Below, in pieces: positions 25,242-34,131 of a DNA stretch of 64,000 nucleotides. Below the pieces are notes generated by a model that was not told where the DNA came from, ran no database searches, and was given only the letters and a program-made list of their open reading frames with translations. Every line of letters begins with the position of its first letter. Position 1 is the stretch's first letter. The position numbers were made by a program, and so were the translations under genes. Source of the DNA: an uncultured delta proteobacterium (lineage in GTDB: Bacteria > Myxococcota_A > Polyangia > Polyangiales > Polyangiaceae); contig CAWAIF010000003.1 of NCBI GenBank assembly GCA_963782055.1, positions 5,408,001 to 5,472,000 of the forward strand, in the 5' to 3' direction.

Positions 25242-25607
25242 ATGCCCTCGTCCCTGGACCCGAACCATCCCGAAGCGGCGGATGTCGAGCGCGACATCGC
25301 CGAGGAGGACACCGGGGCGTTCGACCGGATGGAGTTCACCATGCGCGCCCTGCAGATGCTGTGCGCGCCGAGCACGCGCGTCGTCCTGTGCGAGGGCCAC
25401 GCGCGGGTGCACGTGCAGCACGGCCGGGCGTGGGGGCCGTCGCGCTGCCGGCGGTGGGCCATCGTCAGCGTGCCGCCGCGCGCGTCGCGGCGCGCCATCG
25501 CCCTCGCGGTCGCCGAGCTCGCGGACGGCCGCGCCGCCCCCTACGCCCTGGACGTCCTCCTCGGCGAGGAAGACGGCGATCCCTATCGCGATCGCACGCA
25601 CCCATGA
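25242..25607 (+). CDS. Small hypothetical protein
   Basis: MPSSLDPNHPEAADVERD...; ATGA overlap with greB. Confidence 0.55.
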   Translation: MPSSLDPNHPEAADVERDIAEEDTGAFDRMEFTMRALQMLCAPSTRVVLCEGHARVHVQHGRAWGPSRCRRWAIVSVPPRASRRAIALAVAELADGRAAPYALDVLLGEEDGDPYRDRTHP

Positions 25608-26092
25608 GCGAGAAGACGCCGAACTACATCACGCCGGCTGGCGCCAAGCGTCTTCAGGAGGAGCTCGCGCGGCTGCGCTCGCAGGAGCGGCCCAGGGTGG
25701 TGGAGGACGTCGCCGCCGCCGCGGCGCAGGGCGATCGCAGCGAGAACGCGGAGTACATCTACGGCAAGAAGAAGCTGCGCGAGATCGACCGGCGCATGCG
25801 GTTCTTGACCAAGCGGCTGGAGGGCGCGCACGTCGTGCCCCCACGGACCGACGGGGCGTCGCGCGTGTTCTTCGGGGCGACGGTGGAGCTGGAGGACGAC
25901 GACGGCCGCCGCGCCACCTACCGCATCGTCGGCGAGGACGAGATCGACCTGGGCCGCGGCGACATCAGCTGGCGCTCGCCGGTCGGCCGGGCGCTCCTCA
26001 AGAAGGAGGCGGGTGACACCGTGTCGGTGCGGCGCCCCGGCGGCGAGGTCGAGCTGACGATCGTGCGCGTCACCTACGCACCCCCTTCATAG
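25604..26092 (+). CDS. greB: Transcription elongation factor GreB
   Basis: NYITPAG, GDRSENAEYIYGKKKLREIDRR.RFLTKRLE, VFFGATV, ISWRSPVGRALL. Confidence 0.95.
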   Translation: MSEKTPNYITPAGAKRLQEELARLRSQERPRVVEDVAAAAAQGDRSENAEYIYGKKKLREIDRRMRFLTKRLEGAHVVPPRTDGASRVFFGATVELEDDDGRRATYRIVGEDEIDLGRGDISWRSPVGRALLKKEAGDTVSVRRPGGEVELTIVRVTYAPPS

Positions 26093-26111
26093 GGGGCACG
26101 CGCCACCCCGG

Positions 26112-26966
26112 TCACTGCACCTTGATCTGTCCCTCGGTCAGGTCGCCCTGATCGTGGAGGTAGAAGGTGTAGGAGCCCTTGGTGTTGATGTTGTGCGCCT
26201 GCGAATCGAACTCGCCCTGCTGCATGGGCGCGGCGCACTGCCCGTTGACCTCCGGGTCGTGCGGGAAGCCCTGGTTGGCGTTGGAGGCGTGGATGCAGTG
26301 CGGGGTCGCGTCGGCGTTGTAGAACTTGATGACGGCGGGCGTCTTGGTCAGGTCCGGCGCCGCCGTGACGACGATGGGGTAGTCGCCGTAGGCGTCGTGG
26401 CTGGGGTTGCCCTGCGTGCCCTGGACGGCGCTGAGGTTCGCCGGGATGGTGACGGTCAGGATGGACTGAACGTTGAGAGCGAGCGCCGCGTTCGCCATGT
26501 CGCTGCCGGAGGTGCCGGTGACCTTCAGGTTCTCCACGCCCGGGGCGACGTCCGACTTGGTGGTCAGCGTGAGCACGGAGGTGGCGCCCGTCGTACCGCT
26601 CACGTCCACCGTCGGCGGCGCAAAGGCGGCGGTGACCCCCGCGGCGAGGCCTGTCGCGCCGAGGGTGACGGTGCCGGTGAAGCCCGCCGGGGTGACCGTG
26701 ACCTGCACGGTGACCTGGTTGCGGAGCTCGACGTCGACGGAGCCCTTGTCGGTCGCCACGGCGAAGTTGGTCGTGGTGGTGCCGGCGTCGGGGATGGTCG
26801 AGCCGCTGTCGTCGGAGGACGAGGACGGGCCGTCGGTCGAGGCGTCACCTTTGCCGCCGACACCGGTGAAGTGACCGGAGGTGTTGTTGCTCGCGTCACC
26901 GCAGGCGAGGAGCGCGGCTGCGGCGAGCGTGGCGAGAGAGAACATCAACGGGCGGTGGTGGACCAT
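26112..26966 (-). CDS. Lipoprotein with Ig-like domain and cupredoxin-like C-terminal domain
   Basis: Lipobox LLAC; Thr/Val-rich beta region; C-terminal FYNAD..PHCIH...GSYTFYLHD...GQIKVQ. Confidence 0.7.
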   Translation of the reverse strand: MVHHRPLMFSLATLAAAALLACGDASNNTSGHFTGVGGKGDASTDGPSSSSDDSGSTIPDAGTTTTNFAVATDKGSVDVELRNQVTVQVTVTPAGFTGTVTLGATGLAAGVTAAFAPPTVDVSGTTGATSVLTLTTKSDVAPGVENLKVTGTSGSDMANAALALNVQSILTVTIPANLSAVQGTQGNPSHDAYGDYPIVVTAAPDLTKTPAVIKFYNADATPHCIHASNANQGFPHDPEVNGQCAAPMQQGEFDSQAHNINTKGSYTFYLHDQGDLTEGQIKVQ

Positions 26967-26978
26967 GGCACGCCGTCT

Positions 26979-26995
26979 TGCAAGCCTGGCGCCAG
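26979..26995 (-). promoter_or_regulatory. Sigma54-like promoter for the lipoprotein gene
   Basis: Minus strand CTGGCGCCAGGCTTGCA (GG-N10-GC); AT-rich patch at 27011-27040 just upstream. Confidence 0.65.
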
Positions 26996-27174
26996 CGGCC
27001 GCCCCCATTCAAGCACAATAATTCCAATAATTTACGTACGTGGCGAGGTGAACGGGGAGACGCGGTGGGGCGGAGCCATGGACGGGCCGCGATCCATCCG
27101 ACGGCGCGGCGGGGCACTATGCGCCAACGTCTGGCCAACGGGCCGGGAGGCTGCGAGAGTACCCGGGACGATTC

Positions 27175-28800
27175 ATGGCGAGCGAACGCGCGAGCAGGAG
27201 GAAGCGCGGGGGGACGGAGGGAGCGCGGCAGCCGCCGGCCTATCGGGTGGAGGTCGAGCGGCTCCCCATCGCCACGATGGTGACGCGCGGCGACGCCGTG
27301 CTCGCCGTCAACACCGCGTTCGAGCGGCTCACAGGCTGGAGGGCGGCGGACCTGACGGCACGCTCGGTGGGGGAGCTGATCGCCAGCCTCGTCGACCCGC
27401 GCGACCGCGCGGTGCTGGAGCAGCTCTCCGGCAACCGCGACCAGCCGGCGCCACGCGAGCACGGCTCGCTCTGGTGCCGCATCGTCGGCCTGGACGGCAA
27501 GGAGCGGCCGCTGCGCGTGGAGTGGCAGCTCGCCGCCGGGGTGACGCTGGTCTTCTTGCTCGACGCGCACCCGGAGGCTTTCGGCCAGGAGGTGACCGAG
27601 GCGCTCGCCCGCATCGCCGGCACGCTCTCGCGCTGCGCGACCGAGGCGGACGTGCTGGACCGCGCGGTGAAGGCGCTCGCCGACCACGGCTTCATCGCCA
27701 CGGTGCTGCTCTGGGACGACCACGACCCGCTCCTGCGCTTCGGTCCGAGCGCGTCCCCCCACGGGCCCAGCAGCGGCGCCTTCGAGGCGGCGCGGCCGCG
27801 ACGCGACATCCTGCTGCAGCTCAACCCGCGCTTCATGGAGCGCCGGATCGCCTTCTTCCAGGACGGCGTGCGCCTGATCCGCGAGGCCTACCCCGAGCCG
27901 CTGGTGGAGAAGCTCCTGTCGCTGCTGCCCGCGCAGCGCATGGTCCAGGCGCCGCTCTTCGTGGGTGACCAGCCGTACGGCGCGCTCGTCGTCACGAGCG
28001 ACGCGCTGAGCCCGCTGGTCGCCACCGCGCTGGAGCTCTTCGCCGAGCTCATCGGCAAGGCGCTGGAGACCATCCGCGTGCGCGGGGAGGGTGTGGAGCG
28101 CGAGCGCCTCGCCGCCCTGGGGGAGGCGGCGGGCGTGATGGCGCACGAGGTTCGCAACCCGGTGGGGTCCATCATGAACGCGCTGGCGCTGCTGGAGCGT
28201 GAGGACCACACCGGCGAGGCGGGCCGCGCGTTGCTGGGGATCATCGCCGAGGAGACGGCGCGGCTGGAGCGGCTGGTCTCGCAGCTCCTCGAGCTGGGGC
28301 GCCCGCTGCTGCCACGCCCGCGGGCGTTCTGCATCGAGGAGCTCACGCGCAGGGCGGTGCAGCTGCTCGAGACGCGCGGCGAGCTCTCGGACCGGAAGGT
28401 GGAGATGCCCCCCGCGCGCGATACCATCGCGTGGATCGACCCGGACCTGGTGGAGCTCGCGCTGGTGAACGTGCTGCGCAACGCCGTGCAGTCGACCCGC
28501 AAGGACGCGCGCTTGCGTCTGCGCGTGGAGAGCGGCGGCGGCCGGGTTCGCTGGACACTGGAGGACGACGGTCCGGGGATCCCGGAGGAGATCGTGCGCC
28601 GGCTGGGGCAGCCCTTCGTCACCACGCGCGCCACGGGCACCGGCATGGGGCTGGCGGTGGTGCGCCGGATCGTGGAGGCGAGCGGCGGGCGGCTGTCGGT
28701 CGCGCGCGCGGAGCTCGGCGGCGCGCAGGTGACGCTGGAGCTCCCGCTGGCGGAGGGCGACGCGCCGCTGCAGCCGGGCGCGCCCTCGCCCGCCGGCTGA
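27175..28800 (+). CDS. Cytoplasmic PAS/GAF-like sensor histidine kinase
   Basis: VNTAFERLTGW (PAS), AHEVRNP H-box, NVLRNA, DDGPG, GTGMGL. Confidence 0.9.
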   Translation: MASERASRRKRGGTEGARQPPAYRVEVERLPIATMVTRGDAVLAVNTAFERLTGWRAADLTARSVGELIASLVDPRDRAVLEQLSGNRDQPAPREHGSLWCRIVGLDGKERPLRVEWQLAAGVTLVFLLDAHPEAFGQEVTEALARIAGTLSRCATEADVLDRAVKALADHGFIATVLLWDDHDPLLRFGPSASPHGPSSGAFEAARPRRDILLQLNPRFMERRIAFFQDGVRLIREAYPEPLVEKLLSLLPAQRMVQAPLFVGDQPYGALVVTSDALSPLVATALELFAELIGKALETIRVRGEGVERERLAALGEAAGVMAHEVRNPVGSIMNALALLEREDHTGEAGRALLGIIAEETARLERLVSQLLELGRPLLPRPRAFCIEELTRRAVQLLETRGELSDRKVEMPPARDTIAWIDPDLVELALVNVLRNAVQSTRKDARLRLRVESGGGRVRWTLEDDGPGIPEEIVRRLGQPFVTTRATGTGMGLAVVRRIVEASGGRLSVARAELGGAQVTLELPLAEGDAPLQPGAPSPAG

Positions 28801-28803
28801 CGC

Positions 28804-29379
28804 TCAGCTGCCCCACTTCGCCACGAGCGCGCGCGCGCGCTCGGCGAAGGCGGCGAGGTGGCGACGCTCGAACTCGGCCCAGGTGGCGAGGGTGCGCGTG
28901 TCGTGTACGCGATCGACGAAGAGCTTGCCGTCCAGGTGATCCAGCTCGTGCTGGAAGGTTCCGGCGGTGAGCCCCTTGACCTCGAAGTCCAGGGGCTTGC
29001 CCGCGCGGTCCACCGCGCGCACGCGCACCTGGACGAAGCGGCGCACCTCCCCGCGCAGGTTGGGGACCGAGAGGCAGCCCTCGTAGTTGAGGAAGGTCTC
29101 GTCGGTGAGCGGGGTGACCTCCGGGTTCACCAGCACGGTGAGGGGGTAGTTGGGCTTGTAGGGGTAGCGCGGATTGTCCTTCACGCAGATGACCGCGACC
29201 CGTACCGGCCGGTACACCTGGTTGGCGGCGATGCCCGCGCCGCTGGCGTCGGACATGGTCTCGATCATGTCGTCGATGAAGCGCTGCATGTCCGCCGTCG
29301 AGAGCTCCTCCGGCGTGACCGGCCGCGCGACCTCCCGCAGCACGGGGTGACCGAGCGTGGCGACCTTCAGGATGGACAC
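28804..29379 (-). CDS. def: Peptide deformylase
   Basis: GIAANQ, EGCLS, QHELDHLDG. Confidence 0.95.
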   Translation of the reverse strand: MSILKVATLGHPVLREVARPVTPEELSTADMQRFIDDMIETMSDASGAGIAANQVYRPVRVAVICVKDNPRYPYKPNYPLTVLVNPEVTPLTDETFLNYEGCLSVPNLRGEVRRFVQVRVRAVDRAGKPLDFEVKGLTAGTFQHELDHLDGKLFVDRVHDTRTLATWAEFERRHLAAFAERARALVAKWGS

Positions 29380-29383
29380 GGCG

Positions 29384-31531
29384 TCACTTCTTCTCGGCGA
29401 GGATGATGGTCCGCGGCGAGTCGGCGCCGAAGAAGACGCCCGGCGTCGCCGTGCGGCCGCTCACCTCGCACACGCGGTAGCCGTGCTTGTGCAGCATCTT
29501 GCCGAGCTCGTGCAGGGAGTAGATGCGCATGGAGTACTCGATCTCCTTGGAGCGGCCGTCGTCGAGCATCATGGTGCGCTTGATGCGCATGCGGCTGGTG
29601 ATCCAGTCGACGGTCATCTCGTCCATGCAGATGCAGCCGTCGCCCTCGAACCAGGCGAGCGACGGCGCCTGCCGGGCGATGAAGTCGCGGTTCACGACGT
29701 CGAGCAGGAACTGGCCGCCCTTGCGCAGCGCCTTGTGCACGCGCGCGACGACCTGCGCGTTCTTCTCTTCCTCGAAGTAGCCGAAGCTGGTGTTCCAGCA
29801 GTAGATGCCGTCGAAGGTGTCCTCGAAGGTCATCTCGCGCATGTCGCCCTGCACGAAGTTGATCTTCTGGTCGCGCTCCTGGGCCTCGTCCGCGGCCCGC
29901 GCGAGCATGGCGAGGCTGAGGTCGAAGCCGACGACGTTGTAGCCGCGCCGGCTCAGCTCGATGGCGTGCAGTCCGTCGCCGCAGGCGAGGTCCAGGACGC
30001 TGCCGCCCTTGGCGACGCCCAGGCTGTCCTCGATGAAATCCGACTCCGCCGCGATCTGCGCGTCGGTGAGCTTGGGCGTGGCGCGGATGAAGTCGTCGTT
30101 GAAGAGCTCCTCCCACCAGGGACGCGCGCGGCGCCGCGGGTGGGCGCCCTCGGCGAGGGGCGGCGGCGCCAGCGGGCTCAGCGTGCCCGGCTTGGGAGTC
30201 GGCAGGGGCGACCGCATCGCCCCGGCCACGGGGGTGCCCGCGGGCGGCGTGGCGAGGGCGCCGGCGGGCTTGGGCGGCGGCGGGTGCGACGAGACCTTCG
30301 GCGCGAGGGGCGGCGGCGCGCGCAGCGACTCGACGGCGAGCACGTCCTCGGCCGCGAGTTCCGCCTCGGGGTCGGAGGGCGGCGCGCTCATGCGCTCCGG
30401 TTCGATCTCCTCGAGCGACGCGGCCTCGTCGGCGTCGACGATGGCCGTCTGCACCGAGCGCGGGCTGGACGACATCGCGTCGACGGGGATGGGCGGCCCG
30501 ACCGGGATGGCCGGCACCACGGCGGGCGGCGGGGCGACGACGGCCGGGGGCGGCGTGCTCCTGCGCGGCGGGGGGCGTGACGAGAGCAGCGCCTCCGCCT
30601 CCACCTCGTCGATCTCCAGCGGCTCGGTGGGCGGCGGCGGGGGCACCGCGGCGGCAGGCGGCGGCACCGAGCGCGGCCGCGGCGCCGGCGGCGCGGACGA
30701 CGTGGGCGGCACCGAGCGGGCGGGCGGCGGGGCGCTGAGCACCGAGCGGGCGGGCGGCGGCGGCGGCGCGCTGATCGCCGGCACGGCGGGCGGCGGCGGC
30801 GCGCTCGTCGCGACGGGCGCGCCGTCCGACGGCGGCGGCGGCGGTGGGGCGCTGGGCATCGTGATCTGCCGCGGCCGCACCGCCGGCATCTCTTCTTCGT
30901 CCTCGTCGGTGTGGATGGGGACCTCCACGTCCTCGTCCACCGGCACGTCCACCGAGTCCGGAGGTTCCTCGTCGTGGAGCTCCCGCGAGTCCACCACGGT
31001 GGGCATCATGGGCGTGGGCGCGTCGTCCACCCCGCGCGCCCTGGCGGCCTCCACCGGCGGGGGCGGATCGCTGTTCACCATTTCCATGCGCGCCTCGGTG
31101 GGCGCGTCGTCCACCTTGGCCGTGGGCGGGGCCGAGGGCACCAGCCCCTTCGCCGCCGCCCGCGTGGCTTCCTCCGAGGGGGGCGGCCCGACCGAGATGA
31201 TGCGGGAGGCCACGATCGGCCCCGCGTCCGCCGCGGCGGGCAGCTCGGTGGTCTTCTCCGGATCGACCGCCGGGGCCTCCGTCGTCCTTTCCAGCGTCGC
31301 CGTCTCGCCGGAGTCGGCCTTGTCGTGCTCGGCGCTGTCGTCCGGGTCCTGCGCCTTGGGGCGCGCCACCTCGTCGTCCGGGATGCGCAGGGTCATGCGC
31401 GCGCGCTTGCGCGATCGCGTCCGCGCCTTCTCGACGGGCTGCTCCTCTTCCTCGATGACGACGTCGGTCTCCTCGGGCGCCTCGTCGTCGCCCGTCTTCT
31501 CCAGACCCTCCGCGCGCCCCTGGTCGTTCAT
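29384..31531 (-). CDS. Class I SAM methyltransferase with long acidic/Pro-rich disordered N-terminus
   Basis: ATGA overlap with psd; C-terminal VLDLACGDG, GFDLS, QGDMR, TSFGYF, LRKGGQFLLD. Confidence 0.85.
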   Translation of the reverse strand: MNDQGRAEGLEKTGDDEAPEETDVVIEEEEQPVEKARTRSRKRARMTLRIPDDEVARPKAQDPDDSAEHDKADSGETATLERTTEAPAVDPEKTTELPAAADAGPIVASRIISVGPPPSEEATRAAAKGLVPSAPPTAKVDDAPTEARMEMVNSDPPPPVEAARARGVDDAPTPMMPTVVDSRELHDEEPPDSVDVPVDEDVEVPIHTDEDEEEMPAVRPRQITMPSAPPPPPPSDGAPVATSAPPPPAVPAISAPPPPPARSVLSAPPPARSVPPTSSAPPAPRPRSVPPPAAAVPPPPPTEPLEIDEVEAEALLSSRPPPRRSTPPPAVVAPPPAVVPAIPVGPPIPVDAMSSSPRSVQTAIVDADEAASLEEIEPERMSAPPSDPEAELAAEDVLAVESLRAPPPLAPKVSSHPPPPKPAGALATPPAGTPVAGAMRSPLPTPKPGTLSPLAPPPLAEGAHPRRRARPWWEELFNDDFIRATPKLTDAQIAAESDFIEDSLGVAKGGSVLDLACGDGLHAIELSRRGYNVVGFDLSLAMLARAADEAQERDQKINFVQGDMREMTFEDTFDGIYCWNTSFGYFEEEKNAQVVARVHKALRKGGQFLLDVVNRDFIARQAPSLAWFEGDGCICMDEMTVDWITSRMRIKRTMMLDDGRSKEIEYSMRIYSLHELGKMLHKHGYRVCEVSGRTATPGVFFGADSPRTIILAEKK
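30711..30770. repeat. 30-bp-period intragenic tandem repeat (SAPPP-ARSV units)
   Basis: ACCGAGCGGGCGGGCGGCGG at 30711 and again at 30741. Confidence 0.7.
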
Positions 31532-32403
31532 CGCCGCTCCTCGCGCGCGGGGGGCCGCGCGTGGCTCACCGAGGCGATGCGCTCGCCGTAGCGGATGGGG
31601 CCGCTCGTCACCGTCCAGCGCGCCGCGGCGCGGGGCTCGAGCAGCAGCACGGCGGTCGAGCCGAGGTGGAAGATGCCAATCTCGTCGCCGCGGTCCACCG
31701 CGCAGGGCGGGGTGAGGCGGTGCAGGCCGTAGGGCACGTCGGGGGCGTCCACGCCCGTGGCGGTGACGCGGCCCACCACGATCGCCGCCACCATCACCAC
31801 CGTGACGCGGCCGAGCCCCACGTCCTCCGGCGTGTCGATGGCGATGGCCACGCGGCGGTTGATGGCGAAGAGATTCTCGACGTGGCGGATGCCGATGGAG
31901 TTCACGGGGAAGTAATCCCCGCGCATCGATCGGACCTGGGTGATGGCGCCGCGCACCGGCGAGTGCACGCGGTGGTAGTCGCGCGGGGAGAGGTACACCA
32001 CGCACCCGGCGCCGCCGACGTAGCGGCGCGCCTCGTCCTCGTCGCCGACCAGCTCGCTCGTCTTGTACGGGCGTCCCTTCACGTGGAGGGTGCTCGTCGC
32101 GTCGATGGGGCCCATCGACTCCAGGCGCCCGTCGGCGGGGCTGACGAGGGCGTCGGGGGCGGCGTCGACGGGGCGCGCGCCCTCGCGCAGCGGTCGCGTG
32201 AAGAACTCGTCGAAGCTCTCCCACCCGCGCTGCTTCACGCAGTCGCCCGTGTCGACGTCGTAGACGCGCGAGTACAGCCCGACGACGGCGCGCTCCACCG
32301 GCCCCGACCAGCGGTGCTCCGCGAGGCGGCCCATGGCACGACTCACCTCGCGACGTGGCACCACACGCAGGATCTGGGCGGCCGCATACGTGAGCACGCT
32401 CAT
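31528..32403 (-). CDS. psd: Phosphatidylserine decarboxylase proenzyme
   Basis: FFTRPL, SPADG, YLSPRDYHRVHSP, LFAINRR, FHLGST cleavage motif. Confidence 0.93.
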   Translation of the reverse strand: MSVLTYAAAQILRVVPRREVSRAMGRLAEHRWSGPVERAVVGLYSRVYDVDTGDCVKQRGWESFDEFFTRPLREGARPVDAAPDALVSPADGRLESMGPIDATSTLHVKGRPYKTSELVGDEDEARRYVGGAGCVVYLSPRDYHRVHSPVRGAITQVRSMRGDYFPVNSIGIRHVENLFAINRRVAIAIDTPEDVGLGRVTVVMVAAIVVGRVTATGVDAPDVPYGLHRLTPPCAVDRGDEIGIFHLGSTAVLLLEPRAAARWTVTSGPIRYGERIASVSHARPPAREERR

Positions 32404-32604
32404 GAACCTCCTCGCGGGAGACGACGGACGGGGGCGGACAACGCCGCGCTGGCGGCCATGCGAATTGCTTGAACTTTCCGAGGGTCGACCGTTCGGCGCC
32501 GAGCGGGGCGCAAAAAGCCCTCACTCGAATGCTAACTTTCCGTCCTCGGGCCGGTCAACGCTGTTACCACCGGCTTTCCAGCGTCATTTCAAGTTTCTAC
32601 GGGC

Positions 32605-34131
32605 TCAGTCCTTGCCCAGATCCGGCTCGCCGGAGGCCCGGGCGGCGTCGCAGAGCGGCCCCAGAGGCCCGGGAGGCCTGGAAGAAGCGTCCAGCGTCTG
32701 GCAGGCGGCCTCGGCGTCGAGCGGGTCCTGGGCGACGGCCTCCTCGAAGGAGGGATCGGCCAGATTGTCGTGGCTGCCCCGCGCCAGGCGCCCGCGGATG
32801 GCCCACCAGGGCCCGTAGGCGGCCGCCACCTCCTTCGGGTCGGCGAGCAGCGGCCAGGCATCCCCCGCCTGGCCCTCCTTCTCCAGCGCGCGGGCCTGGA
32901 GGTAGTGCACGCTCGGGTCCTCGGCGAAGGCGCCCTTGAGACCGGCGACCTCTTCCAGCGCCTCGGCCGGGTGGTCCCGGCCGAAGAGCAGCTCACCCAG
33001 GCGGACCTTCTCGCGGGAAGCGCGGGCGTCGGGCTGCTCGGCCAGGTCGAGCATGGCCGGAGTGGGTGCCGGCGGGCGGCTCGTCAGCTCGGCCCGCCAG
33101 CGCGTGTCCCAGGCCGCCAGGTCCAGGCCGCTCGCGGCGAGCATGGCGGCGTCCGGCTTCTTTCCCTCCCGCAGGGAGGCGAGGAGCTTGCGCACCGCCT
33201 CGTCCCCGGCGGTCTGCGCGTAGTAGCGCACGAAGCTGGTGACCTCGGCGAAGGCGACCATCGCGGCGTCGGCGCTGGGGAGCATGGCGATGGAGGGCCC
33301 GAGCTGATCGAGGCGGAGGTCGAGCTTCTTGCCGATGCCCCAGAGCACGATGGAGTCCGGCGGGGGGCGGTCGTCGAAGGGCCCGGGATCGCGCCAGCGC
33401 ACCTCCTCTCGCTTGGCGAGGCCCTCCTGCAGCCAGAGCGGCGCGCGATCCACCGTGGCGCGCGTGACGGCGAGGTGCGTGAGCTCGTGGGCGACGGTGT
33501 CGCGCCAGGAGTAGCCATGGCGGCTGGCGCGCGGGGAGAGCAAGGTCACCCGCCCCCACTTGGCGACGGCCACAGTGCCGGTGGTGGAGGCCGACTCGTA
33601 CGGGAGGCCCGTCATCGCGGCGAGGGCCACCAGATCCCGCACGACCACGATGCGCGTCGGCTTCGGCCAGGTGACACCCAGATCGCGCGTGAGGGCGTCG
33701 CGCGCCTTGACGACGGTGTCGACCAGGAGCGGCGTGAGCGCGCGATCGGCCTCGTCCTGGTAGCGGATCCAGACGTTCGCCGCCTTGTCCTCCACGATGA
33801 CGGTGTCCGCGGTCACGCGCGCGCAGCCGCGGGCGATGTCGGCGAGCTGCGAGCCCTCCTCCGATGCGGCGGAGGTGGGGTCGGAGAGCAGGGTCACGGC
33901 GCTGTCGCAGTCGCCCTCGTAGAGGGCGAGGCGGCCGCGCTCGCGCGTGACGTCCGGGTCGTCGGCGTCGGCGTCCTGCAGCACGCGGCGCGCCTCGTCG
34001 TAGTCCAGGCCGAGGATGAAGTCGTGGGCCTGGGCCGCCTTCGCCCTGTCGATGGGCCCGGCGTGCACGCGCGTCCCGAAGGCGGTGACGGCGAGCAGAG
34101 CCACTCCGACGAGTCCGAGCGCGCGCTTCAT
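32605..34131 (-). CDS. Exported MA-clan metallopeptidase-like protein with TPR-like helices
   Basis: Signal peptide MKRALGLVG...; HELTH (HExxH) and PLWLQEGLA. Confidence 0.8.
   Translation of the reverse strand: MKRALGLVGVALLAVTAFGTRVHAGPIDRAKAAQAHDFILGLDYDEARRVLQDADADDPDVTRERGRLALYEGDCDSAVTLLSDPTSAASEEGSQLADIARGCARVTADTVIVEDKAANVWIRYQDEADRALTPLLVDTVVKARDALTRDLGVTWPKPTRIVVVRDLVALAAMTGLPYESASTTGTVAVAKWGRVTLLSPRASRHGYSWRDTVAHELTHLAVTRATVDRAPLWLQEGLAKREEVRWRDPGPFDDRPPPDSIVLWGIGKKLDLRLDQLGPSIAMLPSADAAMVAFAEVTSFVRYYAQTAGDEAVRKLLASLREGKKPDAAMLAASGLDLAAWDTRWRAELTSRPPAPTPAMLDLAEQPDARASREKVRLGELLFGRDHPAEALEEVAGLKGAFAEDPSVHYLQARALEKEGQAGDAWPLLADPKEVAAAYGPWWAIRGRLARGSHDNLADPSFEEAVAQDPLDAEAACQTLDASSRPPGPLGPLCDAARASGEPDLGKD

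Noticed and set aside
29384..32524. 1046-aa ORF suggesting a psd-overlapping fusion
   Set aside because: The N-terminal part is Arg-rich off-frame translation over psd; the ATGA-coupled start at 31531 explains the gene.
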